DNA of 62,734 bases, filler included, from Dugesia japonica (Eukaryota), in assembly GCA_001938525.1 (NCBI GenBank). It is 5 parts of 5 records of this genome, joined end to end, with 100 filler letters (N's around TTAATTAATTAA, not from the genome) between each part and the next. Parts side by side here need not be neighbours in the genome. Positions count along the whole stretch, not along the records: positions 35,632 to 53,822 come from MQRL01625516.1; positions 53,923 to 62,734 come from MQRL01622996.1; 3 more parts are not named here. The stretch is one strand, 5' to 3'. Position numbers and translations under genes: made by a program. Below the pieces are notes generated by a model that saw only the letters and a program-made list of their open reading frames with translations, did not search any database and was not told the origin of the DNA. This document shows, piece by piece, positions 49,361 through 62,734 of this stretch; the stretch's first letter is position 1, and each line of letters begins with the position of its first letter.

Positions 49361-52324
49361 GTTTCTAAAAAAAGAAAATATTTGTTCACTATGTAATTGG
49401 CTAAAATATCATTCTAAATTAGGATAATGTTTAATATAATTATGGAATCTGCTTTCATCTCTTTGTTTTCATCATCGGTATACTTTATTTTGTTTCTACA
49501 GGTTTGTTTAAAAAANNNNNNNNNNNNNNNNNNNNNNNNNNNNNNNNNNNNNNNNNATCAAATTTTTATAATTCAATTTGTATTTCTATATAATATTTAT
49601 ATAAGCCATTTATTACTTGTTATTAGATTACAAAAATTCAAGTAAATTGTACAAAAATTTATTAGAAATAATAAAACAGAAATATCAACTTTAAATAGAA
49701 CATTTTAATTTAACTAGCTTTGTAATGACATTGAAAAAAGATTGTTAACACACTAATATTCTTAAAAAATTGAATTCTACAGTTTGATTTGACTTTTAAA
49801 GTTTTTTTTTTGGAGTAAAAACATTTCTTTTTAAATGAATTAAAGAATTAGTTATGAGATATTTCTTCTGCATTTTAATATTACTGATTTGTTTTTCAAT
49901 TAAAACTTTATTTAATAATCCGGAGGGAATTGAAATTTGTCATCATGTTTGTCTTTTATTGATAAAATGTCTGTTTATTGACATAGTTTTACAATTATAG
50001 ACCGAATTTAAATTTCTTTATTGAAAAACGAAATTAGCTAGTTTGCAGACCATTAATAAATTGTGTATTGTAAACTGGTAATTAAAGAAGGTTGAATGTA
50101 CATTTTGAGTTGACATTTGGAAAATGTGAATTGGTTCACTTTTTGGTCTTTGTTTGAAAAAATTGTCGTTGATGTTGTTTGGCTCAATAGACGAAGTGGA
50201 TTTATTTTTTTGTATTAATTGACGGTCTAACAATCCGAAAATAACAATATCTGGGCAGAACAACTAGATTGAATCTGTCAGTGTTTTGTGCATTGTTATT
50301 TTTACTGTTAATTTTAGAGGTCAAATCACCTTGTTTAATAAATGGTTTAAGTTTTAAAGAGTTTTGTACTGTAATTGAAACAGACTTTTAGATAAAAAAA
50401 ATCCAAACCTGACATCTTTGTATTCATATTCAATTTTTTTTGACAGAACGAGAAATGTAAATACTTTGCTTAGAGATGAAAATGTTTTTTGTTCAGCATA
50501 TTGATGATTTTTATAATAATCCCGATAGGAATACGTAATCAGAGTAATATAATATAATACTCCGTAATAAAAGGTTTAACAAATAGAAAATTGCAAAAAT
50601 CAAATTCTTTTAATGAATAATGCTTCTATTAGAAAATATTTTGCTAATTCTGCTTTAACTATCAAATATAACTTTGTATGTTTATCTGAATCAGTGGTTT
50701 TCAACCTGTGGTATTCGTACGTTAGTGTTCACATGATAATGGCTGACAATCACAAAAGAAGTATTTATTGACAATCGTTATTATTCATGGGAAACATAAT
50801 TTTAACACTTGCATTATTAATATCAACATTTTACATGTAGTTTAATTTCTTAAACTCAAAACTTAAGTGGTTTATTATTGGTTCAAAAGATTGTCACTAA
50901 AATTATTTTATCGATTTACAAAATCACCACAATATACATGTTACTATGACGTTGGGGATCATCCATATATTATGTACGTAATTAACTCCAGATTTTGAAA
51001 GCCTTCACCCTGTTGCACCGCGAACATTTTAGCCCCTCCCCTATGCCTTCATACACATGTCTGCCTTTTACCCCAGTGTAAACATGCCTACATACACATG
51101 GCTGCCTTTAACCCCAGCGTAAACATGAATCAAATATTAATTATTTCTTCTACTTTTTCAGTGCTGGTTTCAGTAAATTCGTCAGCAACAGTAGCAGTAG
51201 TCGATGTACAGTCTGCTAATTTTTGCCCGACTGTCTCTAAAACTATTTCTATAATTGTTGTTTTAGCCTTGTTGCTGGAATCAATCAATGTTGAAGGGTT
51301 TAGGATAGTGGAACAAATCCAAAATGATATCAGTTGGATATCCTGTTGCAACGAATTTCTCAGAATGTTATCCATTACTGAACCCTAATTTTTGTCACCA
51401 CATTTAATAGCATCCACAAATGATTTGCTTCCTTCTGTTGAACCGGTTTCTTACTCTGAGGCATAGATTTGCACACGACAGTATATAGTCGGTTGTATCT
51501 ATTTGTGTTATCCATTTACTTAAATTTCTAGAATTTTGTTAATATAAGTTTTTATAGAGCAGTAATGTCCAACAATTTTAAATTTTTTTTTAAAAAAAAT
51601 TGGCCAACCTTTTATTCAAATTTTCAAAATATAACCACAGCTTGATTTTTTAAAATATTTATGCAACCTACAGATATGGTTGTTTTACATTTAAAGTTAG
51701 ATTATCTGCCATTTGAAAATATGTAGTGAAATGTTAATGAAAATGGTTCAGCATTCAGTAAATTTCTATAAATTTATTTACAATCAGGCATGGTGAAATA
51801 CATTCATCAGCTTGTCCTCTTACCATATAAGGCCGTATTATTAAGAATTCAGTTAGATGTAACTGCAAACTAGGGGGTGGAAATAATAACCAGACCATGC
51901 ATCAAAATATAATATATTCGGGGCCCTCTTATATTAGAGTAGCTACTATTACAGAATCATATCGTTATACTATGTTAACTTTTATTTTTGCGTACATACG
52001 GTTTTGTTGAAACATCTCGTTCTCCAAACGCAAATAATTCACTCGGGAAACACCCCCGTTGTTTGTAATATTTAAAAAAATTAACCAATTGAAATCATTC
52101 AGTAGTTCCTTAGCATGAACAAGGCCTCCTAAACTCACGGGGAAATTAAAAATTAATTAACTCTATGTGTACTCATCAATAGATTAAACGAGATCAGTAT
52201 TACAATGCAGGAGTACTCTGAAATGAAAAGTATACATAAGGGGTACGGAAGAAGAAAAAGAGTCGAGAGCCACTTATCTAAATAATTATAACGTGTTCAA
52301 TAAATAAAATAACTCAGTAAATAT

Positions 52325-52619
52325 TTATTTATTTTTATGAACAACAAATTGTGTGTTTTGACTACAATAAATCAAAAATGCTGATGACGCCACACGAATT
52401 TCCATTTCGGCTTGGTCGACTTCATGATACCATGGTACATTTCCCCATTTATTCACCTGTATAAAACAACTTTTTCCTTTTTATTAGTCACTTCAAATTT
52501 TACCTGATATTCAGATTCCAAACGACTCAATTTTACTGCATCTTCCACAGATAAAATATGGTCGGTTAAAGCTAATGTCAAATAAACAGATTTCAAAGTC
52601 TCAATACAATGCTGGTATC
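52325..52619 (-). CDS. ATPAF2: ATP synthase mitochondrial F1 assembly factor 2 (ATP12), last two coding exons (52619-52504 and 52456-52325)
   Basis: IETLKSVYLTLAL...VEDAVKLSRLESEYQ|VNKWGNVPWYHEVD matches the ATP12 C-terminal signature (SRLEEEYQ..KWG.VEW.HD); 47-nt GT-AG intron. Confidence 0.9.
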
Positions 52620-53586
52620 CTGTAAATTTAGGTATAGTTTTGGACAATGATATATTTAATTTAAAATGCCTTTAATTTTATTTTAATAAAATAAATGAAT
52701 GGTTCATGTGTATATATTAACTGAAATTACTCTAAATTAATATTAAATGCAGAATATTAAACTTAAAGATGACTTTAAATGGATTCAAAATACGTCTTTT
52801 TTGAAGATGTATATCGTATACAAATATCTACTAAGTCATTTTTGATAATTAGAACTAACAATGTGGAATGAACCAAAAATTTAAAGTTATAAAATTTGAA
52901 ATTTCTCGATATTTTAAAAGTTTTTATGTTCGAAAAATTATAGGGCTTTTTATAGGCAAAAAATTATTAAATGTAAATTTATATATTTTTAATTCAATAT
53001 AGAAAATTTTTCATTCAGTATAAACATTTATATAATTTTCAAAGCATTGAAGCGTATGACGAGAAACATAATTTCTAACNAAATGAGAGAACTAGTTGTT
53101 CAATGAATGGTAAGAAGGCGACAAATGCGTTTCTGAAAGACACCATTTATTAGCATCTATTAAAATAACATTAATTTACAGTATTATAAGCGAATTTTAC
53201 CATATAGGTGCGATAAAGAAATTTAAAGATAATACAGAAATAAAAATAAATATTTGTAATATACTATTAAAGGATTGTACAAGAAATTTGCACGAAATTA
53301 AAAATCAGGTTTTTAGGTAACACAACCTTGCAAAGAGCATTCAATAGTATAAATTATAGTTTCAAGGAGATTATTTATTCTCCAATATTGCTAAGGGAAT
53401 AATGTATATAACAGATTTAGAGGAGTTCATAGAAACAAAGGCTCCGAAAAATCACAGACAAAAACAAATAATGAAAATATGAATAAGGTGAAGGAACTCC
53501 AAGTTTATCCATTAGAGGAATATCTGATCTTACTGATTAGAGCACCACTTCAATATATCGAATTATCAACTCTTTATGCATTTATA

Positions 53587-53822
53587 AATTATGTGATGAA
53601 TTGTGAGGATAGGGAGGGAGATGGTCAAGAATCTACCAAATTATGTGATGATAGGAAGGGAGAGGGTCAAGAATCTGCCAAATTATGTGATGCTAGGGAG
53701 GGAGAGAGTCAAGAATCTACCAAATTATGTGATGAATTGTGATGATAGGGAGGGAGATGGTCAAGAATCTGCCAAATTATGTGATGAATTGTGATGATAG
53801 GGAGGGAGAGGGTCAAGAATCT
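53587..53822 (+). repeat. Tandem repeat with 42/51-nt units (AAATTATGTGATGA...AGGGAGGGAGATGGTCAAGAATCTRCC)
   Basis: Directly visible; runs into the contig end. Confidence 0.9.
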
Positions 53823-53922
53823 NNNNNNNNNNNNNNNNNNNNNNNNNNNNNNNNNNNNNNNNNNNNTTAATTAATTAANNNNNNNNNNNNNNNNNNNNNN
53901 NNNNNNNNNNNNNNNNNNNNNN
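53823..53922. other. Artificial contig spacer
   Basis: N44-TTAATTAATTAA-N44. Confidence 0.95.
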
Positions 53923-54830
53923 ATAAAGCTTAAAATCAAGTCTGGAAAAAAGGATAAAGTAGACGAGATATTTCAAACAATAAAAGACTGTGACAATTTA
54001 AAAGAAGAAATGAAAATGGATGATGTCAATATATTACAGACCAATAAATATTCAAAAGAGAGAATACCAGAACAAGTAGAAATAGATATTGAGCACAAGG
54101 AGAAAACAGATCAGATTATGAATAAAAAAGACGAGAAATTACGTGTTGGACCTGTGACAAGATAGGTCACGTTAGCAGAAATTGCCCAGTAAACAAAAAG
54201 AAATGTTATGCATGCGGATCGGAACAGCATTTAAGACGGGACTGTAATAAAGTCAGTTGTTTAAGGTGTATGAGAAAAGGATACCGTACTGAAGATTGTT
54301 AAACAAATATAAATAAACAAACAAGTTGCCAGAATGTTCAAGAGTCTGAAAGACGAAAAAGTGAAAACAGAAAACAGAATCATTGTACAAACAATCGAGA
54401 TGACAATATGCAACAAAATNNNNNNNNNNNNNNNNNNNNNNNNNNNNNNNNNNNNNNNNNNNNNNNNNNNNNNNNNNNNNNNNNNNNNNNNNNNNNNNNN
54501 NNNNNNNNNNNNNNNNNNNNNNNNNNNNNNNNNNNNNNNNNNNNNNNNNNTTGAAGATGTTAGAACTAAACGTTGAAAAAATTAAAAAATTTCTAAAAAG
54601 GGGGAATATTAGGTAATTTTAAAAATTTGCAAATATTTTTAAAAGTTAATGCATGTTATTAGTTTAAATTTTTTAATGTAAACAATTAGTAAAAAAATTT
54701 TTATAATTAAAATTTTTTGCTTTATTTTTTAAATTACTGCAAATTTGAAGTTTTAGATTTAAAAAAAATATTTTTAATAAATATAATAAATTTGTTTAAC
54801 TTTATTATTTATTCAAAAATTTAAATTGGG
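53923..54830 (+). mobile_element. Gypsy fragment of the G2 family (gag with zinc knuckles, gap, PPT and 3' LTR start near 54607)
   Basis: IKLKIKSGKKDKVDEIF matches 10065-10376; CWTCDKIGHVSRNC and CYACGSEQHLRRDC; PPT AAAAAGGGGGAA. Confidence 0.8.
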
Positions 54831-55111
54831 AAAGGCAAGTTTTGAAAGTAGCGTTCAAAAAGAAAGAAGAATTTNNNNNNNNNNNNNNNNNNNNNNNNNN
54901 NNNNNNNNNNNNNNNNNNNNNNNNNNNNNNNNNNNNNNNNNNNNNNNNNNNNNNNNNNNNNNNNNNNNNNNNNNNNNNNNNNNNNNNNNNNNNNNNNNNN
55001 NNNNNNNNNNNNNNNNNNNNNNNNNNNNNNNNNNNNNNNNNNNNNNNNNNNNNNNNNNNNNNNNNNNNNNNNNNNNNNNNNNNNNNNNNNNNNNNNNNNN
55101 NNNNNNNNNNN

Positions 55112-55144
<33 letters not shown>

Positions 55145-55589
55145 GTTTATTTTTAATTAAATTGATTTAAAATTAAATTGATTTTTATTATAATTTCAGC
55201 TGCTTGTCTTACTTTATTATTCAAAGGTAAATCGGTTCAAATTTATAATTTTTAAATCTTTAAACATGATGTTGCCATGCAATCCTGGAACATAGTTCAT
55301 GATGTATTTCACTTATTAAAGATTTTGTAAAAATATATCTAATTTAGTATTTCTTTCCTAAGATATTTTTTATATTACATTGATTGTGTAATTATATCAA
55401 TTTAAGATTGATTATCTATAAATATTTTATTAAAACCTTTGCCTTGAAAATGGATTTATGGTCTCTATATGTTTAAGAAATACTTTTTAACAATTTTCTT
55501 ACTTAAAGTTTATATGTTTCTTAATGATAACTTCATAAAACTGATCATTTCAAGTACATCAAGTACATTTACAAGTACATTTTTAAGGC

Positions 55590-56390
55590 TTCGACTGTTC
55601 AAACATTGCAGTTACTTCAGACAAAAACCAGCAGCTTAAATACGACAAAATCATAAATGGGGTTTCACGAGCAAAAATGACAGCTATTTCGCTGTCTATC
55701 GTTGGCGTGAGTCAAAAATGCTAAATTGATCTCGCAAAGTCATGCGCATTTGCCCAGTCAACAGCGATTTTTCATCGAGTAAGGAAATGAAAAAGAATCA
55801 ATATTAGATACCCAAACCAAGCTTACTAAGCCTGAGTCCTTCGTCAAACTCAATGAGTCCGATATCAATGCGCGTCAACATTGCCAGAGAAATGCAAGTA
55901 AGATCGTACCGTGGATTTTTTCTGTGCGCCCTGAAGAAGAAGAGCTTTTTAATCACCGCACTTTGCCTTTACATGTTCGTGGTACATGTAGCTTTACCTA
56001 TTACTGCACACACGAAGACACAGTTTATCTAGCATCCAAGAATCTGATTGCAATGGGGTTGGTTGTTTAGAGGAAACAGTTACATATCAAATGCCACAAC
56101 AGCTATTGGACAATTTTGCTTTCATTCTTTGCTTCAGTCATCTTGCAGGTCCTATCAATCTGTGAAAGCAGTTCAAAGATGACTTTAATCTCGACCTTTT
56201 GCGATCAATGTCAGATGATATGGCTTCAAATCATAGCTTGCAAGCTATCAAAAGTACACTCAAACAGCATGGGTTGAGTTGTGTAATTTCTGTTTTCACC
56301 ACTTCTCAGAGAAATGCTCCAGTTGAAAACGTGTCTTACATCATTGTACAGGAGGAATAAATGGCGCAAATCAACATTGATAAATAATTA
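55590..56390 (+). mobile_element. Helitron Rep-Hel linker region remnant
   Basis: FSVRPEEEELF..LHVRGTCSF..LEETVTYQMPQQL..FAFILCF..PINL*KQFKDD. Confidence 0.75.
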
Positions 56391-59300
56391 AAATTTTAAA
56401 TTTTTTAAATCAAATTTTTTGTGGATGAACATCACAAATTTTTAAAACTAATTTTTTCTATTTTTTTAACATATGGATATTTGTACATCAATTGATTCAG
56501 AATTTTTAGGAGTAGATATATAGTAGTGCACTGAGGCAATACAAATTCTGTACATCCTCAGAATTAGTGACATAATGAAACTTAATTCAGTTAGGAATTT
56601 CAAAAATGATGTCATATTACGAAATGGTATTAAGTAGTCCTGTATTTTCCGTATGTTTTTAGTTGGGAAAATATTTTGCACTTAAATTAAGTAATTAGAT
56701 TAATTTTATCGTCAAAATTTTTACGTAATAGGATTAAATGTCCCAATATTTTTCAGGCTTTTTTTAGCTGGCGGACAAAGTTTATGCGTAATTACATAAT
56801 TTTTAATCTTATTTTGAAGAGTTTGAGAATTTTTTTAAAATTTTGGATAAAATAGTGTGAAATGGTTAAATTTATAATTGACAATGCTCAGTTAGGGTAG
56901 TTTGTGGACAATCTTAGTCAATCATTTACTCACAAGGTTCAGTTTTAAGTGAATTTGAGTTAAATTTTTCCTCAGCCTGGTCTTTTTGGGTTGAATTTTT
57001 ACGGAAATTCGTGGGAAAAGTCGAATTCGTTTAAAATTTATAGTTTTTAAAAGATAACTTAAATTTTTTGTGGAAATTCGGGAGAATAGTCTATGTGGTT
57101 TAGATAATATTAAAAAATTTTTAATTTTTTAAATGAATTTTTTATTGGAATCCGGAGCCTCCTAAATTTTGAAAATATTTTGAAAAATTTTTATCGAGAT
57201 TTTTTTAATTAATCGATTCAAATTGACCTCGGGATCATTTCTAGTTAAAAATAATTTATTCAAAAAATATTTGATTCTAATTTAATTATAAACTAGTTTA
57301 TTCGATAGAAGATTTTCTGCTGATCATGACTTACCTAGTTAAAAATCACCAAATGTTGAGAAAAATCGGAGACAACGGAGAATTTTGACAATTTTGGAAA
57401 ATTTTTCTTCTTAAATCGACACGAAATATACATTTTTCAATAGAGAATTTTTCACTAATCAAGAAAACATCACTAAAATCGTCAAACTTAATTTTGATTG
57501 AGAGAAATTGAAAAAACATAAAAATAGGATTGGTATTTTAAATGAAATTTTACTCTTCATCAGTCACCAGTTATGAAAGCTCTGTGTTCTGACTAATAGA
57601 TTTCAATCATCAATACCCTGCTAGTTGTGAACTAAATTTTAGTTATCATTTATTTTCTCACTCTTTGTAGGTCTTCACTAATGGTAAATGTACGGTTTAA
57701 TTAGTATTTAATTATTTAACATGTTCTATTTTTTTACTTGTAATTTTGAAATTTAATTAGATTTCGTGTCTTTTCAATAAATTATTCTATTTTTATCGTA
57801 AAAATTTAATTAATGTTTAATTTATTAATTTGAATCTTTTATTAAGCATTGATTTATTGAAATAATTTCTAAACATTTTTTGAAAATAAGCCTTTTAAAT
57901 AATTGAATAAATTAAGTATGATGAATAAAATATTTTTCAATTAATTATCAGTAAAAGTATATTCAAATATTATAATAAGTATTATTAACAGGTGAATAAT
58001 ACACATTAGATAGATTGGACAGATATTTTCAAAGGACTTTATTATATTAAGGTGAAAAATATGTGAATGATTGATTGAATTTTTCGTTTGATTGAGTGAA
58101 AAATTGTTTGATTGTATGAGTAATAGAGTACCATTATGACAAACCCATAGAAAATTGAAATTTAGCTGTTCAATTGGAGGAATATTAACAATTGAAATCA
58201 ATATGCTTTATTGAGTAATTATATGAATGAATCGGTGGGTCATGAATTTTGGTAGTATTAGAACCATCATTACAGAATATATTGTTAAAATTTTAATCAG
58301 TTTTAGAAAGGTTCTAGTAAGTTTTAACTATTTTTAGATAAGATCCTGTCATTTTTCAATGAATTCAAAAAAGTTCTATTAAATTTTAGAAATAGTTTTT
58401 CATTTATTTAGAAATAAATTTTAATTTGAAAAAAATATATCATTTTTCATCAATTTTAGAAAAGATCTAGTAAATTGTAACCAATTTTAGAAAGGATCCT
58501 GTCATTTTTCAGTGATTTGAAAAACGTTTAGGTAAATTTTAGATTTAATTTCATATCTCGCTTATTCTAATCAACATTCGCATTAGCTTCCTCACACTCT
58601 TGTTCTTACTTATAATTTTATCTTACTTAAAGCAAAGAAACGTACTAAAGAATGCAGTATAACCTAGTTTGGATAAGAAATAAATTATTAAGTATTTTAC
58701 TTGTACCAATGTTGGTCTAAGTGTTGAAAATATCAATAAATCCTAATGCAGTGTATTTAATATATCTGGTTTAATGGTCTTTTATTCAATGATAAAACCG
58801 ATATTTTTATGATAAAACCATTATTTCAGTGATAACTTCTGTATTTGCCATCACCAAACCAGCATTTTCATGATAAACTCGATGTTTTTATTGATGAGAC
58901 CATAACCGAATATACTGAATCTAATATTTTCAATGTTGAGATCCATATTTCTAATGATAAGATCCGTATTTTCAACATTGAACTTCTATTTTCTAACAAT
59001 ATATCTGAATATTGGCTATCTAAAAGTAAAAGAAACCCATAAAACCAATGAATAAGTAGAGTTGCCAATGATCAAGCAGGGAAGCAGAAGGATAATCAGA
59101 CGATTAAAATTTACGGAAATAGGTATATTATTTTAAATAAGAAGCAAGTCATATTAACTCATACTCACAATCACACAGTCTTATTGTCTTCTTTTATCAC
59201 TACATGACTATATTTAAAGATTACTGAAATGAGGTCTTTAAAAATATGAAGTGCAAATATACATTAAAATCCAATAGAAAATCTATGATTTAATAGGGAA

Positions 59301-61057
59301 ATATTGGTAAAATATGATAAATAACTAAACCTATGGTAAAATATGGTAAAAAGTAAAAGGTAAAAAAATAAATTAAATGACTATATGTATAGAATAGATG
59401 TAATATAATTAGTGACTATATTTACACTATTAAATATATTCTATGTCCAAACTCATATTTTCCAATGGGAAAACTCATATTTCTTATGATAATTCCAAAC
59501 TTTTCTTATAATGAAACTCATGTTTTGTATATCAAAACCATATAATAATTTTTAAATTATAGTCTGGAGTTTGATTTTGAAAACCTATGAAAACCAAGGT
59601 GCACGCAGAGAAACTAATGATAAGGCAAAGATGAAGGCAAATAGTGAAGGATTTAATTGAAAGGAATATCTATATTTCACAAGATAAACCTCATATGTTT
59701 CCTGTTGAAACCTATATTGAAATCAAATTATAATGGACGTAATATTTTATCTAATAAAATAAACCTTGAGTTATTATTATCATTTTTCACTTAATATAAA
59801 AATATAAAGAAAATATGGGAAAATCCGGCAAATAGACCAAAAAAAGTGTAAATATGGCAAAACAAGGCAAAACAGAGTCAATAGGGTTAATTATGGTAAA
59901 TTAGAGTAAAACCAGGGTAACATAGGGTAAAACAAGGTAAACAGAGTAAAATCCTCATAGTATGAACCCACATATTCTCATAGTATGAAACCTAAGCAAC
60001 TTATGTTAATATACAGGTAAATGACTAATATTAATGAACCAGTGAAAGACTTATATTAATGTACCGGGGCGCTAAAAATGTTAATTAACCGGGATTATGT
60101 TATTATTAATAATTAATCAAGGAAATATTATTACTAAAAGATTGTGCAACAACTAATATTAATAGAATGGGGAATGTATAATGTTAATATTACCTGGCGC
60201 CATTAATGTTAACATGATCCTAGAAAAATTTAATTTCAAAAATAAAAAATTTCATTTAATTTAAACAAAAAAATTAATTTCACTTCATTTGAAGAAAAAT
60301 TAATAAAAAACCATCAATTAAAACAAAAATTAATTTTTGGAATAATTACATAATAATTTCATAACTATGATGTTATTATATTGTAATCATTATGTAATCA
60401 ACACACAAAATTTGGATCAATCAGATCGCTGAAAATATTTGTGCGATCAATAAAGCATAAAAAATTTATATTCCCGGGAGTGGGGTTTGTGGCCATGCGC
60501 CATTATATATCTACTATCCCGTGTGCTACTATCCATCTAGTCTTGCCCAATGAGGCCCTCGACTTCATAAAAATTGGATAAACATTTTTTGGAGATTCGA
60601 ATATAAAGTTTTGTAAATCCAATTGAAATGATATTTTATAACTTCACCATTAACTTCCTATATTAACACCATTTTTTCTTGTAATTCCAAAGCTGCTTCT
60701 ATATCAAACAAGACTGCGTGTAAAATATAATTAAAACGTTGTATGATAATTGGGCACAAAATTATTTTTAGTAATTTTGTCTTCTAATTTTCATTAACTT
60801 GCAATATTAATCGGTGGTTGTAAAATTTTTCATTTTAAATTCAAATTTAAATTTTGTTTGTAATTTGTGTTCCTGTTTCTTTTTGAACTTCAAATTTAAG
60901 TGTTTGCCAAAAATTCATTGTTTAATGTATATTTATTTTAAATTCATAATTTTTAATTTTTATCAATAGTTTTTGTTGACTGCAATTTATATAATAATAT
61001 TTGTCATATTATTTTTATAATCATACGTGTGTGTATGTATTTATACACACACATATA

Positions 61058-61990
61058 CAGGGTGTTCCAATTTAAGGTTACATTTAAAATTTAATTCCAT
61101 TTATTTCTGTTTTGTTTGATTAAATCAATAATTGTTGAATAAGCAATAGTAATTCATGCGGTTTTTAAAAATCAATCGTTATACCATTGAAAAAAAAGTA
61201 TTTATGGTAATAGATATTTTAAATACGGCGGAAGTTATGCCGAAGTTCGCAGAAAATTTAAATCTGAATATGAAAAAGAAAGTATTCCATCACAAGTGAC
61301 AATTTAAAAAGTTATCAAGCAATTTATAAAAAGTGGATTGATAAAAGATGAACGATGCCAAGAATATCATAAAGGTGGTCGCTCGGAATCAAATATTGCA
61401 GCTGTAGTGTGAGGGAGAAACCAAAAACGCCAATCCGTCGTCGTTCACAACAACTATCCATTCCAAGTACAATGTTATTCAGAATTTTGGATGATTATCT
61501 TCATTTTAAGCCATTCAAGAGTCAAATAACTTAACAAATAAAGCCGAGAGACTTTGAAATACGCCGAAAATTCATTAAATGGGCCATGGAAAATATGCAT
61601 GAAAATGAAACATTTTTCCTAAAAGTGATTTTTAGTGACGAAGGATATTTTGCACTAGGAGGATTTGTGAACACACAGAATTGTAGAATTTGGGGCAATG
61701 AAAACCCACATGAAATACTACAAAAAAAATTCCATTCACCAAAGTTAAATGTTTGCTGTGGTTTTTTGCCGGGTGGTGTTATCGGTCCTTATCTGTTTGA
61801 GAATGAAGCTGGGAATTCTGTAACAGTTACCGGAGCTCGATATAGTAATATGATTGGAAAATTTTTGTTTCATAAATTGAAAGATCTGGATACCCAGAAC
61901 ATGTGGTTTCAGCAGGATGGTGCCACATCTCACACGGTAAAAGAAACAATTAATCTTTTTAAAGAACGTATTGGTGAAAGAAAGATTGGA
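61058..61990 (+). mobile_element. 3'-truncated Tc1/mariner (maT/DD37D-like) transposon
   Basis: TA|CAGGGTGTTCC left end; broken helix-turn-helix region; IFSDEGYF, NTQNCRIWG, GVIGPYLF and WFQQDGATSHT; third catalytic residue missing. Confidence 0.9.
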
Positions 61991-62734
61991 AGTGTACCAA
62001 ATTATTTTGTGCCCAATTATCCAGTGTCAAATTTTTTGGTCATGAATTAAAACAGAATTTATTAAAATGTTTAAAAACATTAAAAATATAATATTCGAAT
62101 TTTAGAATGTTTTTAGAATTTTGAAAATTTCAAAAGACCAAAGCAACCAAAAAGAATATGAACTGATTAGAAGTTGTGAATTTGTTAAAAGTCACGTTAA
62201 CAGATATAAGAACTGATGTTTGAAAAAAAAGAGGACAAAATTATTTATCATTCGCGTAATTGATCCATTCAGTACTATTTGAGTTAATCATTATTGAATT
62301 ATTGAGAATATAAGAGAAAAAAAGAAGACAATTCCGACAATTGGATAATCAAAATCTAGAAATTAATCTAAAGTATGGTAAAGTCTTTAATTGCAGAGTT
62401 ATGAAAAATTATGTCCTCGAAAAATGTCAGCCAAAATATAATATATTTAACCCAGTAATCAATTTATTGTGTTTACAATATTTTTTCATGCCTTAAACAA
62501 ATATTTTCTGAAACAAAAAACCTCCTTGCAAGACAAACGATAAATTTGTGCAGTGCAATGCTGCCGTTTTCAGTAGTCTGATGGCTATTATGAATTAAAA
62601 TTATAAGTAACTAAATAAAAAGCCAAATCCTCAAAACACACGCGAGATGCGATTAATGACTCACCACTCAAAACACAATTAAAAATTATATATTTTATGT
62701 GCAAAGTAGATAGAAAGGAGGACTCGAGAACAGT

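Noticed and set aside
50691-50712. hAT-like terminal sequence CAGTGGTTTTCAACCTGTGG
   Set aside because: No partner terminal repeat or 8-bp target-site duplication was found, so it cannot be delimited.
51040-51388. Overlapping ORFs on both strands and a ~40-nt duplicated unit
   Set aside because: No recognisable domain or repeat-family support within the window.
55575-55625. Second hammerhead-like motif on the minus strand (CTGAAGTA...CGAAG)
   Set aside because: Both core boxes are mismatched, there is no stem I, and it lies at the edge of a Helitron remnant.

Overview
This is AT-rich eukaryotic (invertebrate animal) genomic DNA. It has very short GT-AG introns (42-54 nt) and the last exons of a nuclear ATPAF2 gene, which is compatible with a planarian or other flatworm (inference only). 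The window is not one locus. Four identical 100-nt spacers (N44-TTAATTAATTAA-N44) join five separate pieces: 1-9890, 9991-23453, 23554-35531, 35632-53822 and 53923-62734. Most recognisable sequence is decayed transposable elements: several Ty3/gypsy LTR retrotransposons, Helitron Rep/Hel remnants, hAT (GTF2IRD2/SPIN-like), piggyBac, Tc1/mariner, and a Penelope-type minimal hammerhead motif. The most interesting signal is a dispersed, highly diverged repeat family with copies at about 1-1700, 24960-26368, 30486-35435 and 38570-38738. The one apparently complete copy is about 4.95 kb and has TGTTG...CAACA termini. The family carries no transposase or reverse transcriptase. Instead it has a conserved, same-strand cassette of short orphan ORFs. 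Each ORF whose 5' end is visible begins at its own 3' splice acceptor, mostly phase-1 AG|TG with no ATG, and most are followed by AATAAA. One ORF is a coiled coil ending in a dynein light chain LC8-type KxTQT motif. The best interpretation is a giant gene-carrying solo LTR or virus-like accessory cassette expressed by leader splicing; this is unproven.
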